A DNA stretch of 64,000 nucleotides from Phoronis australis. Taxonomy: Eukaryota > Animalia > Phoronida. Position 1 is the stretch's first letter. The number at the start of each line of letters is the position of its first letter. A program made the position numbers and the translations under genes. The stretch lies in contig NMRA01000019.1 in the NCBI GenBank assembly GCA_002633005.1, positions 1,069,088 to 1,133,087 of the forward strand, given 5' to 3'. The notes beneath the pieces were generated by a model. That model was not told where the DNA came from and searched no databases. It worked only from the letters and a program-made list of their open reading frames with translations. Shown here piece after piece: positions 13,565 to 28,600 of this stretch.

Positions 13565-14949
13565 TAGATGTACCAGTCAAAAACTGTTGACAGTACCGCA
13601 GCGCCCTCTTCAGGTGTACTGTGTTGCCTCGCTGGTGGTAAAAAAATGAGCAGATGTAATGGTTTTATGGTAAACCTTGGATTGTGAGTAGTTTGTGGTA
13701 GAATCCAAACAACTGAATTTAAACATTAATCCTAAGATATGCCTAAATCATGAAGACAATACAAAAACTGTGGGTTTTAATAATTTGAAAGTTGTCCAAA
13801 AGCTCTGGTGACATCAGTTTAAGTTGATGGAACTGTATACAAGTTTATTTTCAGCTTAAAATCCCAAAAACAGATGAGAAAACTTGAAAGCAAATAGTTG
13901 ACAATTCAGATTGGGAAATTGGAAGAGTAGGACAAACTACACGTTGCTTCACAAATTGTCAGAAGAGATTTTTGTCAACTGTTTTTTTGAAGCTTGATTA
14001 AAGTGATGCGAGGTGAAATCTTTCAAGCAAAACGTAATCCAACTTTTTGGTATTTGGGTAACAGTATCAAAGTATCAGGAAAATGGTATTATTCGTTTAG
14101 TATTAGTTCTGTACAGCAACAATGCAATCCTCCAAACCATGTGTATGAGCCTTGTGGGTAGTTACAATCATTAATTGGAATTTTTTATAGTCATCAGTTG
14201 CACAATCTGAAAATTACTTTCCTGGTGAGTCAACATTTTATTCACATTAAATTTCCAGCAGCAACTCATGTAGCTTCAAACTTAAGATATCTTTAATAAC
14301 TACAGTCATGTCTTTATTATAAATAGAATCTGTAGAAATGCTATAGTGAAATGATAACAGTACCCAAATAAACCAACCCTTTGTATGACTAGCCTTTCCC
14401 TTGAAATCTGTTTTGATGGTTAAATATTACTGTTTGTTGTTGTTGCAATGTTAGGGATCAGAAATTCTCAAACCCTGTTGGGTGGTTTGTTCAGTCCTGC
14501 GTTATTTGTTAATCTGTAATGTTATAGTGATGAACAATGCCCTGTAAAACTACATGCATCAAGATAGAATGTACATGTTTGAGGGTGTATTATCCCCCTT
14601 GTCTCTCTCTGTAAATAGCCAATCAAAGACAACACATGTGGCAATGAGACAAAACAAAAACAGCACGTCTCTAGAGAAACACGATTCTACATAATATTAA
14701 GCTGAATTTGAGGAAACACCTTCGATGTTTTTCATTCAGAGCATAATTATCATATCCAACTTGGGCAAGTTTACTGGCATATAATTGGAGCAGTTGACAA
14801 AATTATAAACACCCAACACTGTCGGGGAAATCACTCGGGAACATTTTCCTCCTGACTGCCAATGATTGAAGAGGAAAATCACTGAAAGAAAACATGATCA
14901 CAAAATTCTAATTATAGCACTAAATGCATTCTCATTCGATTAACAATCT

Positions 14950-15096
14950 GGGCCCAGTTGCATAAAAAGTTATACACCGTATAGCAACAATGACCTCGTA
15001 TTATCAAGCGTCACATTGTTGAACAATGCACCTGACGTCGTGCAACAATCAAACTTATCTAGAGGATTACTTTTGAAGCTTTATGCAACTCAGCCC
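14950..15096. mobile_element. Small MITE with GGGC-type TIRs
   Basis: GGGCCCAGTTGCATAAA ... TTTATGCAACTCAGCCC inverted ends; target-site duplication not clear. Confidence 0.45.
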
Positions 15097-16659
15097 GGGG
15101 AAACAAAATTAAGATACCCCAGTGCATAGCCCTGAAAAATTGGTTAAAAACTTCATCGTGTTCCTATCAGTCTAAAGGAGAAAGTTTACGGTTAAACATG
15201 ACTTGTGATTTGAGAAGTCAATTAGATGATGGACAAACCCAAGACTAACGTGACGGCGCACTATCAAGACATTCTAGAAGTCAACCTTGTAGATTAGAGT
15301 CTTTTGACGTCATGAACAGAATAACTCGGATTAGTCTATGTATGTCTGGCATTGAATTCACTTCAGCTTAGTGACATCGTGAACAGAATAACTCGGATTA
15401 GTCCATATTATGTTGGTGGTACGATATGGGCATGACATCGGCAGCTTGTCGAATCTTAGCTTACTGAGGCAATAAAAGTGATTGGTGTAAAATTATACTT
15501 TCATCATTTATCCTAATTTGTTGTATTTTAAGGTTAAGGTTAGATTTGATTGACATATAATTTTCAACAATGCTTCAACTTGTCCCCATATAATCTATAG
15601 CCTCTTTTGTTACACTATTGAGTAGTGAGCGAAACACGACCAATTCTGTCAGGGAACACAATTGCCTGATCACGGCCATACAAACAGTTCTTTTGATACA
15701 GGCATTAAAAATCAAAAAATAACATGGCCTTACATTTGTACTTTAAATTCAAAATGATCTTTAAGTAACTTTGATAAAATATAATATGATAAAAAATGAA
15801 CGGCATTGATCATTTCAAAAGTCAAATCTGATTGCTAACAACCTGTAAAATCTAATGACTTTAAATTTCAAAACACACTCAAAGACGATCCATTTAATAA
15901 GCACCAAAATACAATGTGAAGGTTCTAACAAACAAATACTTAAAACGTGGGGAATGAAAGGCACAATCCACCATATTTCCTGCCATGACACTTGAGTGCC
16001 AACCACAACATTGCCCTATATAGTTTTACCACATTTGGGTGGTCACACATCTGCTAGTATTCAATAAGTTGAAAGGCACTGCTCTCATGCAGTAACAACG
16101 GTAGTTAACAACGAAAACAATTTCATGTAGAACACAACATGAACACAACAAATTGCTACATCTTTCCAGATTTACCATACAGCCACGAGTGACTGTATTT
16201 CAAAACATGAGAATACAACTGCAAAACACATCACAGTTCTTGAACGCCACACCCTTTAGCTTCCAACTTTGATACAGCATGTGAGTATTCAGACCTTTGT
16301 TGCTTTTCCTGTCCCATGCAACTACAACCTGCACATATCAACACAGCCTTCATCAGTTAACACAGCTCTATTAAAACTATTTCTAGTTCAATCAACTTAA
16401 GGTGTTATCTTCCACTTCAAACTTAATGCTACTACCTAGGCAGACCGAATACACTGACGCCCGCGATGACATTTCCTCAGAGAAGCCATGGCATTTCTGT
16501 CTGTGATAAAACGATGCTGTAATGTATGCGCAGCACTGTATGTTTCCTTACATGGATGTGCTGTCACAGATGCACAGCCCTACTTGTTCTCGTGCGTGGT
16601 TGATGGATTTAATGCAGTCTTTAACACATCTCCATTCAGGTCAACTTCAACTGTGAATT

Positions 16660-19600
16660 TCACAAGGGGTCATCCTCAATTATAGTGATGGCAAAATGTT
16701 TTTCAGGCCATGAAAAAGTGTGTGGGAGACATAACTGAAATTGAGAAGAAGCAGTCATTTAACAGAAATCTAAGACACATTTCGTAAAAATACAATGAAC
16801 ACAATGACATGCTTCACCATCAAACAGATGATGAAAATTGATTTCATTGATTTAAGCGTCAGACTTGATACTTCACACAGATGCAACTGGTCTTGTTTTC
16901 TAACACTTACACATTCAAATAAACATTTTTGTCAATGCTGAGTGACCATTGTCAATGAGATTCCTCAGCTGTCTTATTGGCATATACAGTGGCCAATAAG
17001 GTGACCGTATCTTAGCAAGCTCACAAGTCAATAAGGTGACCGTATCTTAGCATGTTCACAGGTCAATAAGGTGACCGTATCGTAGCATGTTCACAGGTCA
17101 ATAAGGTGACCATATCTTAGCAAGCTCACAGGTCAATAAGGTGACTGTATCGTAGCATGTTCACAGGTCAATAAGGTGACCGTATTTTAGCATGTTCACA
17201 GGTCAATAAGGTGACCATATCTTAGCATGCTTACAGGTCAATAAGGTGACCGTATCTTAGCATGCTCACAGGTCAATAAGGTGACCATATCTTAACATGC
17301 TCACAGGTCAACAAGAAGCTCACATATTCCCATCTACATGCATATGTTAATAAAGATGCCAACAGTGCCATGTTTGGGGTGTGCTCCATAATGCTGGCAT
17401 TTCAAGAGTATGGCGAGACATCGCAAGACCCTAGGGTTTACCAGAACACATAGACAGATTGAAGAGACTGACTGGCTATGCTAAATGTCAAATTCATATG
17501 TACCAAGTTAGTCCAGTTACATTTTAAGTTAACACTGCTAGCCGCAAGTGTCTCACAAAGGTCAGGTGTTCCAGAAAGAGGTCTTGCATGCACACTAGCC
17601 AATCATTTTCTCAGTATATAGCATCTCCGTCCAACAAGATGCTGATATTGTCACGTGAATCCGTACCAACCAATAAAGAATGGTGCCACAGAACGGGACC
17701 ACAAGTCAGGTATGACTGTTTACCCCGCAACTTACCGAGTCGGGATCATTTAACACATCAAGCTCAGCCTGTAATGTCTCAATGAAGTCGTCTGTGAGTA
17801 AAACCTACAAGGGCAAAGGGAACATACTGGCATGAAAGAAAAACTTTTTGGCAGTGTCTTGTAACACCAAATGGAAAGCATTGACTGTTAGTACATGGAC
17901 CTCCAACTCCGCATATTTTCAATGGACGGAATCTGTGATCTTATGCATAAAGCTGATGTCACTATTCGCTAGCGACACCTGATGAAATTAGCAAGTTTTA
18001 CTTCCAGCAAGTACGTCGTCTGTTAATCATGGTCGGCTGTTGTGTGGTCGGGCGCCAAACGTACTCATATCAACAGTTCTATTATTGGAAGACTTTGAAC
18101 AGCATTTCAATGCCAATTTTTTTCATTGCACTGGACAGCAAAATAGATGTAAGAATTTCTCGTCACAATACACTAACCGGAAACTGAAATTTGTAATTTA
18201 GGAGAGTGGCCCCTCCTCTAGGATACCACATAAGAAAAGGTCGGAGTTGCGAATCTGCTGTCTATAATCTATGATGGAAAGTTATAAAATTCACCAGTCA
18301 CAAACAAACAAAAGCTTGTCAATTATATCCCTATGATAATGAATTAAGCAACTGTACACAGATTATAATTCTCCACTTTACAGAAGTGTACTTCCTTGAC
18401 AGCTAAATATAGTTGATATCTTCTGCACTGGTTGCTCAAAGTTGCATCGGAAAAAGTCTCAAACAAAAACATCTTGTTGACATAACTCACTTGTAACCAG
18501 GGCCCATGGGCTGCATATGGAGTGACCTCTGTAGCTATAGATCCTTGAATGTTTGTGGAGACCAATGTGACTGCTACATCATTTAGGACACTTTTGAATG
18601 TGAAATGTCTGCCATGTTTTAAACGGCCCCTAAAAAGGATGAAATTCGGAATGTATACCCAGTGTTAAATTCGTGTCTAAAATAGTTTTAAGCATTTCAC
18701 TGCTCAGATCTAGAAAATTAAATAAGTTACATTGATATTTGCGCTGTCAGGGCAAATTTGTTTTGTTTTCATACACTTTACGCAGACACCTTGAAACAAA
18801 AGCAGGCCGTCTCTTACAAACCATCTAATTTTGCGAGTGTTCAATTGTCGCTAAACAACCAAATGTTCCAACCTTTTGAGATGTGTTAAAATGAACACAA
18901 AGAGTAGAGCAGGACTGCTTTATTTTAGAATCTTACAGCAATTCCTTCTCGCAATCATTAAAAACTAGAATATCTAATGAGGCGCCAGGTATCCCACGTC
19001 AATGCCACTTGCCACCAAGTTCTTGCTTCTTGTAAATTAGCTCAGTGCACTTGACACGGTGCGCAGCACATGAAAGTCACTTATATCCAAGTTCATCAAT
19101 TTCAAATTTTCTTAATAAGACTGGTATTTTCAGTCAATGAAGGCAAATTGGGATTTTTAAACTAGAAAATAAAAGCTACATGTACACATGCCAAATGCAT
19201 TTGACTACCTAAAACAAACATTGAACTGTTTGGTATGGCATTGTTAGACGATTCCTCAGCATAAAAATAAGTGTCTGGGGTATTCCAACAAAATTTCACC
19301 GACCTGAGGGCAAGAGGTAGTAAGCTCCCAGCTTCCATGTTGAACTTAAGATGAACGGTGTCGAGGGTGCGCGTGCGGGCCAGCTCAGTGGGTGCCTCGC
19401 TGCTCACACTGCTGTCAAATGACTCTTTACGACTGCAGTTCTGGTCACTGGAAAGGTGAAGTTACTCTATAGCACAGCACAGGACACAGGTTTTTATCCA
19501 ACTGGTCAGAAAAGGGACTGGACTGGTTGGAAAAATAGCCAACTGGTCGGCTAATTTTTAGCACACCAGTAACAGACGGCACAGCTGACCCCAAAGTTGA

Positions 19601-22600
19601 CATCAATCAATGTGAAGAGCACCAATCTGACAACACCAATTCATAAACACCAACTGAGGATGTGCGTATAATCCAAAATCAGTCATCAAAGAGACTGATA
19701 GCCAACTCGTTGCTGATCATTAACACAAATGACGTAACATACTCAAACCAAACCTTAAATTTAAAGAACTTCCAGGCAAATTTTTTCCTGGTTTTGCTAC
19801 ATCAGAATTTGGAATACCTACCCACCATTTACAAATTGGGAGTCAGAGCTAATGAATATTCAATAAACTGGACAGTGTCGCACAAAACTACACTAAAATA
19901 TCCCACGAGTTTTTGCCTAGAATCTGTTTCAGCGCTGGCTAAATCACAACAAAACCATGACAAGTGGTGTTCCAAGCACTTTGTCGTAATAGCGTCAACT
20001 TATTAAAGTGCAAAGACATTCAGAAATAAACAATTAAGCGAACCTCACACTAAACTCTGACTAAACTTCGATAAAATTTCGACAAAAATTCAACTAAACT
20101 GCAAAATGATTCTGGCAAGAAGTTCACAGAGTACGGTTGGTAGAGTTTTGTCAAAGTCTGTTCAGTTTATTCTGAAAGCTTCTTTTCGTTATCCAGTTGC
20201 ACATTATCTGAAACAGTTAAAACTGCATTTCCTCAGTATTTATGCGCCAAAAACAAAATATGAAATAAGCCACTTTTATCTCATAAAATTAATGTATTCT
20301 TTAACACATACGACATAAAACCATCAGCAAATCAAATAAAAAATGCTTCATAACTTTTTGGGGGTTGACCAACCTCAGAATTTGAAAATGGCGTATGCAT
20401 GCATTGCCCGGGACTTTAGTCACCAGCTCATTCAGAAATAACTCAGAATCAGACGAGAGTGACAATAAACCCCCCGAAGCATTTTCGTTTGGAATTCAAC
20501 ACTGACAACTAAACAACGGTGAAGGGTGAACAGCTCCTTAATTAACTCATTTCAATTATGCGCACATATCTTAATAGTGAACAAAACACTATGATTAAAA
20601 TTTAAGTCTGGAGGCGGAGCCTAATAACAGAAGCAGCGAAACTGTGCTGGACACACCCTCTGGCCTCACTTACTTATAGGAAGTGTCAGATTCTTGCTTG
20701 ATTTGTGTAAGCGCTGTACTTGTTTTTAACCCATTTTTCAATGCCTCTTTTATCTGGTCCGATTCTGAAGTAAAAGAAAACAGCAATGAAGCAATTAGGG
20801 CAACAGAGAAAACAGGAAATAGAAGTATCACTCAGCAAGGGACTACAAAGAAATACTTTGAAAATGAGCATCAACAAATAATACAGCTCAATGTCATTGT
20901 TATCCAAACAGCATTTCAGCAGCCACACACTACAAATAGCGACGTCATCACATGCTTTATAGAAAAATACAAATTTATATAAAGAATATCAAAAACAGTT
21001 CCCTTTGAGTTGTTTTCCATAAACTTACCTGGAAAATATAATTATATATTCATTTTCCGTATTTTCATAACCAATCATCATCTAAACTTCAAATCCTTAC
21101 AATCGCCGACTGAATGTTACAAGCCATTAACAGGGCATTCCTGCGCACCTTAACCACACAGACAGATTTTAGGGAAGAGGAGAGCTCTGAGCAGCAACAC
21201 CATAAACAGCTAAATCTTAGGAAACATTAGGTTGAACAAGAGAAATCTTATTTTCTCATATTTCACAAAGAAACAGCACCGATCCAAAGTAATCTTTTAC
21301 CAAGCTCAAGTTCAAACCCGTACCTACGATCAAAGTCAGAAGTTGTTGAAAAGAAAAGAAAGAAGAGTTATGGCAATTATTTTTGTGCCAAATTGGTGAC
21401 TTTTTACTGTAAAAACCTAGTCATCTGGAATAATATTTTAAAGCTAAATTTTCCAATTTGTGAACTTCCACTAAAGACTGGTTGAAGTTAATTGATTGCT
21501 TTTGAGGCTATATACACTGTCATCAATTTGACATTTTAACCTATTTGCCAACCTTTTAAAGCAACAAAATCCAGAGGTACCAGTCATGCCCCCACCCATC
21601 GACACCAGTTTTGCTTTAGGGCAGATAATCTCACTTCATATGACACGTACAAGTTGAACTTTACCTCAAACCACTAATTCTCATAATGAAATGCGTCCAA
21701 TAGTTGTGCATGTGAAGATAAAAAAGCATGAAAAAAGTAAAGCAAGGCAAAGCATTGAAATGTGCCCATGACTGCACCACAAGCGGTATACTTCTAGTTA
21801 TATTTATTTAATTAGTAACAAAAATGGCTGCAACATGGTGTAGAAAACATCAAATGCATCATTCTGAAAATGGGAAACGGTGTCATCTCCTGAAAAGATA
21901 TCTATTTGCAAAACTTCATGAAAGTCCGCCACAGGAACTTAAAAGTTCTAAGCAAACACAAAAACTAAAATTGCCACTAGGGTTAGTTGGATGCGTCAAG
22001 AAATTTGCTGGCGCCATACCATTCAAAACAGGGAAGTGACCGCAAAAAAATTTCACCAGCGGCCACGGAGGGGTTTTGGCGATACAGTACTAGTGGACGC
22101 CCGATGGACAGACAGGGCAGCATAATGCGCGCCATTATGTGAGTGTATCCCTGGAGCAGTTTGACAGACAACGAGGACAGCTCGTAAATAATACAAGAAC
22201 AATGTAAAGCATTGAAATGAGCCCACGAATGCACCGGAAACGGTGTACTTCTAGGGGTGTTCATTTGTAACATAAGAATGGCCACTAGATGGCGCAAAAT
22301 ACATAGATTCCATCCGAAAACTGGTATGTGTCATCAAAGCTATTTATCAAATTTCATTACGAACATACATGCCAAATTCCACAACCATCCTTAGAGTGGT
22401 TTGATTGACAGAGGGGCAGACGCCAAATAACAAGACTCAAAAACAGTAAAAATGGCCACTAGGTAAAAGCAAAATACCACGAGTCAAAGCGAAAACCAGA
22501 GGATAACGTCAACTCACTAATAGATGCCTATCTGCCAAACTTTATGAAAATCCGTTGACGACCTTTGAAACTGAGGTAAAATTAAAAAATCAAAATTGCC

Positions 22601-25600
22601 ACTAGGAGGCACACCGATAGTCGGATCAATCTGAAAGTCACTATAGTTTGATGTCAAGTTCATATAAATACACTTGTTAAATTTAATAAAGTTCCTTCAA
22701 AGGGTTTAGGATGTACAACCATGGGTGTAAAAAACTGCCACAAGGAGGACCCACAGTTGTCAAGGACATCGGAAAATCATGGTCAGCTCTCCTCTTCAGA
22801 TTAGGAACAAACATGCCAATTTCCACAATCATCCTTAAAGTGGTTTGGTTGACAGAGGGGCAGATGCCCAATAACACAGTCGAAAACAGTAAAAATGGCC
22901 ACTAGGTGGTGCAAAATGCCTCGAATTCAATTGAAAACTGGATGATAGTGCCACCTCACTAATATATGCCCATCTGCCAAATTTTATGAAAATCCATCGA
23001 CGACCATTGGAGATAGAGGTAAAGGTAAAAAACTTAAGTTGCCACTAGGGGGCACACCAGTAGTCCGATCCATCCGAAAGTCGTCGTCCTCTCTTGTCAA
23101 CTTCATATAAATACACCAGCAAAATTCAATAAAGATCCTGTTGAGCCTTAAAGAGATACAGCCATGAGCACCACTGTCAGTAGTCAAAGTTGCCGGAAAA
23201 TTATCGTCAGCTGCCCTCTTCGCAGTAAGAACATAGAAGTCAATTTTCTAAATCATCCCTAGAGCGGTTTGGTTGATAGAAGAGTGGACGCCAAAAAAAA
23301 AACAGACAAGAAAACAGTGAAAATGGCCACTAGGTGGCGCAAAACACCTTGAATACGTCCGAAAACGGGAGGATGGCATCATCACACTAACTGCCAAATT
23401 TTATGAAAATCAATTGAGGACCTCCAAAGAAACTAAAATTGTCACTAGGGGGCACACGGGTAGTCGGAGAGGTCCGAAATTCGTCGTCTTCTGTGGTTAG
23501 CTTCATAGGAACACATCCGCCAAATCTCATCAAGATCCTGTGAGGGTATAGAATATACAGCTGCAGATGCCGGATGCCCAGACAGAGACGACGGCAATAT
23601 GCGACCACGGGTGCATAAAAAATGGCCACTAGGTGATGTGGAATACATCAAATCCAACCAAAAATGTGAAAATATCACAGTGTCCTTAATATTAAGTCCA
23701 TTTGCCAAATTTTAAGAAAATTTGTCATGGAACTGAAAATACAGGCTTGGGGTAAACATAAAACCTTATAATTGCCCTGCAGAGCCAAAGTGGTGGTCAA
23801 ATCCAACCAAAAAATATTTGTCATTCATTGTCACATTCACAGGAAAACACTTGGCAAATTCCACAAAGATCCAAGGAGAAACAAAAAATTGAAATTAACA
23901 CTACTACGCTATGTGCAAGTTTAAACCAAAATACCCCAACACCGTGCCCAGCCTAATGCTTCCATGTGACCAGCGGTAACACAGCAGACTCGAGCAAATG
24001 CAACAACAAATTGAGGACTATTATCAAAAATCAATAGGTAATTACGGGCAATTAACAAAGGTACGATAATTACTTGCTGCATCATAATGCCCGCATAATG
24101 GTTTAATAAAAAAACAGGTAATGAAGTGTGAAGGATCTAAGCATTGACTAGTAATTAGACAGAAAGAATCATCGATGGCTGATAAATCAACAATGAGGTT
24201 CTAAACTTCAATCTCAGACTATTATTAATTTATAGAAAGCAAACTGTAAGTTAGTAATAGTCTGAGAACGATCCAAAAGCATTGACAGACATTTGCTCAG
24301 AGTATTGGTGACTGATCAGCCTCCATACGTTTTAGCGCAATAATCTGCTATGCTCGTATTTTGAGCCCTTGCTAGCCTTCAATGTTGACTGTTGCTCAAG
24401 TTCTTCATTTTTAGTCAGGGTATAAGGCAGCATATTTTTCAGAACGATGCCTACTACAGTCAGAATCTTCCTTTTAACAACCAAAATCACTTCAATCGAA
24501 TCAAAAGAATATACAGTCATTTTGAAAATGAGCATAAAGCTGAACCATCAGTTGTATTTCATAGCAGTAAATAATGGCATTATATTATCTCAGTCTAAAA
24601 TAGACACCAGGTGGAGTAACTGAAGAAAATAGTCGAAGATCAATATGATCAGCAGTCTTTACAGCTGCAAGATGCCTGCAAAATCCTACTCGCCTACAAT
24701 TTAACAGTTTTCAACTTTTGTTGATGAAATACAAAAGTAAAATGCCAAACCTAAAATTAGCAATTATAGGAGATGCACCTGTGAACAACCTGCCAAACAT
24801 CGAAAGCAACCAATGTCTACTACACATCAGTAAAAAGCTTATGAAATTTCAGTGACCTGTTTAACAGTTTTGAAATCGTGTTGCCGAGAACAATATGTTG
24901 CACCCATTCTACCACTCAAACCCAGCAATAACAAGATCCCTTCTCACTGGTGGATCAGGGAACAAAAAATAAACAAACACTGAAGAAAGTGACTTCGACC
25001 AGTGAGAGTAGATTGCCATTAATTAAAATCTGCACAGTGCTTATTAACTAAATATAAGACATCCAAAGTTGTGTACTATATTATAAAATCGTGTCGTGGA
25101 AAACCAGGTATGTAGGTGGCAGGACACGATTAGTCTGATGGCGGCGACAGAAATACGATTTTGCAGAAAGAACACACCGATAAAATTTGATTTTTATTTG
25201 CCTATTATTGGCCCATCAATAGACTAATTAGCCAATCAATGGTACCATTCTTTACTCCAACTAATTAACTAATAATGCTCATCAATAGAACATCAATTAA
25301 ACCTTTGTCAATGTTAAGCAGCACGTAAAATCGCCAACAGTTCCTCAGACACCAGGAATACCAAATTATGAATGCACTCCGCTAATAAAGAGGAATTAAT
25401 TAACCTGACAATCAATTATCACACCAAATCAATAAATCCTGTCCTTTTTACACTGTGTGCACACACATCCCAAATACTAATAACAAACTCCACCATCAGC
25501 CATACGTTGAGTTTTCCCCATCCACACACAAGTGGTTACTCTTCTTTAACTTGTAATCAGAATTTGACCTTGACCTTCATTGCTTTATTTTTAACAAGTC

Positions 25601-28600
25601 TAGCATCCCACTACATGAACACTTTGTGGCATGACTTGACACCGACTCATTAAAACAATATGAATCCCGTTCAATGAAAACTACAGACATACAGATGCCA
25701 AGACTCTATTCTCATCCACAGAAACATCAGTTTCTGTGCATTGCCTTATGCAAGAACACCAGTCAAGAACTTGGATGACTAGTCTTCGAGAAAACACATG
25801 ATGCTGATATTTTACTGATATAATTGTGATTTGGTCCAGTATTGCCGACACCAGAATGCAGCCATGTAGTCCTTAAAGTCATTTAAAATCTACTTTCTCT
25901 AGGAACATGAGAAGAGCGTTGAGAGATCAAGAACACTAATGACAACATCCCACAAACCAGGCGTGCGTTCAGTAGACTTTAGGACCTATGCTAGGACATA
26001 GCTAAAGTCTAGTCAAGGTCACGTGTTCTCATTTAAAATACACGACAATATCTCACATAATCTCGCGAAGTCTTGCTTTTTAGTGAGGTCCCAGCGTTAC
26101 TGAACAGCAGGCAGGACAACTTTACAACATCGTAACTGGCAATATGCTCACCGTACTGTGACAGGTTAGGCCTGTCAATGTCACTACTGCCCCGCCTGTC
26201 ACCATCCGCCAATCGGTTTTCTTTATTCTCGTCGTCATTATGTGAATGGAAGTCGGACCTGGCTGGCTCCTCCCACGCACACCGCCCACTCACACCACTT
26301 AGGTTGGAGCCTTCATTTTCTATACCTTCATCAACTCGGTCCTATGGTGAAAGATGTACCCATGCATTAAAAACAAGTATTCCGCAAACGCCATTATTGG
26401 AAAATAGTAAATAACTGATTAATAAAAATAGTAAATAACTGATTAATATTCAAGGGATAATGAGACTAAAAGCAGCTGAAAGCTTGAACACTTCAACCTC
26501 TCTGACAATGCTGTTCATGTCATACCCTTTAACATATGATTCCTCGTAAGAGCCCCAATTACCAGAGACATTAAATGATTGAAAGATCTAAGGTGTTAAA
26601 ATGAATGCGTTTCTCAACATCAATTTTTAATCTTTGCTTTTTATTTCTAGTATTTTAGACAGTAAGCAAGAACAACACTTCTATACATTAGACTTTTCAG
26701 ATGCTCACCAAGCATTCTCTGTCTGCGAATACCATATAGCATAAAAAAACTTGCAATGCCTCACTGTGTTATATCAATGCTCTACACATTGAACCATACA
26801 GATAATCACCTGTAAATGTGGGTCTACTTCAAAAACAGTCTCGCCTCGCCTCATGTCTGTTATTAGCCACTGACCACCAGCACTGCAAACGATCACAGAA
26901 AGACGTCAGTGTGTAAATGCATTTTTACAATTCTCGATTGCACAGTTCTTTTACATTTATCATTATGTTCATTATGTGGGGTCAAAGTTCACGCCGTGCC
27001 CACCTGTAATGTATAGTGAAACTCAAGGAGGGAAACAGCAGAAATCCAAGGTTACAGAACAACCCACAGCTCACTTACATGGGAAGGGTTTTTAAAAGCT
27101 CTATTATTCCTGGTCCATTCCAATGCTGGGCAGCTTTTAACTCTTCTGAACACACACCAACTATCTGAAAGTAATTTAAATCAATGCTCAACATCCTTCC
27201 AGCAAAGTCGACACAAAAATACCCCAAAAAAAGTCAATTAGCAAAACATTCAGCTTCGTATTATCATTGAGTATTCCATATGAACTGCACAAATTTATCT
27301 AATTTGGTCAGGGCATTGTTTTGAATGTAAATACTGATATGTAGTCTGATGTCTGAACAGAGATAAGTTAAATGTCAGTAGCTGGATTTAGCTCTATAGC
27401 CACTATTTGGTGATGCTAAAGGTTTTCACGAAACAAGTGCACTAAGGCCAATTGTGTCCAGGACACGCAATGATACTTGTGAGACATCGTCATAACGCCA
27501 ACTATGGACCCGCTTCACGGAAAGTGACTTAAGACTGAAGCCAGAAATTGTGCCTCATTCAGCGTTCACATTCCTTGCGATATACTTTCTGAAAGGAAGG
27601 CTAATTCACCATGTAAACGATCCTCGGACGTCATATTCTCCAACCCAAATCAGACGGCAGATCTGCCTTCTTACTATCAGAAGCCCACATTCTAATGGTT
27701 ACTAGACTCTGGTGATTGCACATGATTGGCCAGAACATCAGCATTTGCAAATTCATGCAAAACCAATTACTCGTCAGACAGCAGACAGGATGACTTTGTG
27801 AAAGCTCATTTGAAGTGTCTGTACTGTCTGCCTTCTTACAAATATTCCACATCTGAACCCTCTTACTTCCATATTACTGAAAAAGGGTTTCCCATGTAAC
27901 TGCCAGCACCTCACAGTTGAGCAATAATTTATTCTAACTGCTTGAATCCTATAGCAAGCATAGGATAGTGTATTGTGAGAGACATTCTACTTAGGTAACA
28001 TGGGTATAAATTATTTTTTGGAAATGGTTATTTGGAGTGCATGACAAATTTTCCGACTTAAGCTCAAGGTCACCTTTCATGACACGGATGTTGGATGTTG
28101 GCTAATGCCATGGATACTCCAATGTGAACTTTTTTATAATGTATTGAAAGTTAAATTACTGAGAAAACACTTTTCATTTCCTCACCATTTCCGTCAAATC
28201 TGTTGTTATCATATCAACTCTGTCTTACAAATTCCCAATAGTTGCTTATAATTCCCAACAAAAAATACTTCAACCCAGTGCTGAAGTGGGGCGTAGGCGC
28301 ATGTAGGCGCAGCCAACCACCTTTTGGCATTTGAACGTAGTGCCTACGCACCGTAAGTTACGTTCAGTGTTCAATGTAATACGGTGGGCTATGGGCACCT
28401 ACTTACCTCTTATTTTACTACTACAGCACTGCTTCAACCTTCAGTCAAATAAAAGAGACTTAGACTGATTGCACTGGAAAATACATATTTCTAAATGTTT
28501 TTTCTCAAGAGTTCAAGGGATGTTTAATTATTTACCTGGTTGAAGGAATGATTGTACGTTTTGAAATCAAACAGATGCTGCAGTGCCGTGCAGTTACCGA

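Noticed and set aside
15309-15404. Direct repeat GAACAGAATAACTCGGATTAGTC x2 downstream of the SUFU stop as a regulatory RNA element
   Set aside because: There are only two copies, with no structural or motif support; it is more likely a decayed repeat.
16994-17311. 35-bp repeat array resembling a CRISPR array
   Set aside because: Units are head-to-tail with no unique spacers, there are no cas genes, and it lies in a eukaryotic intron. It is a minisatellite.
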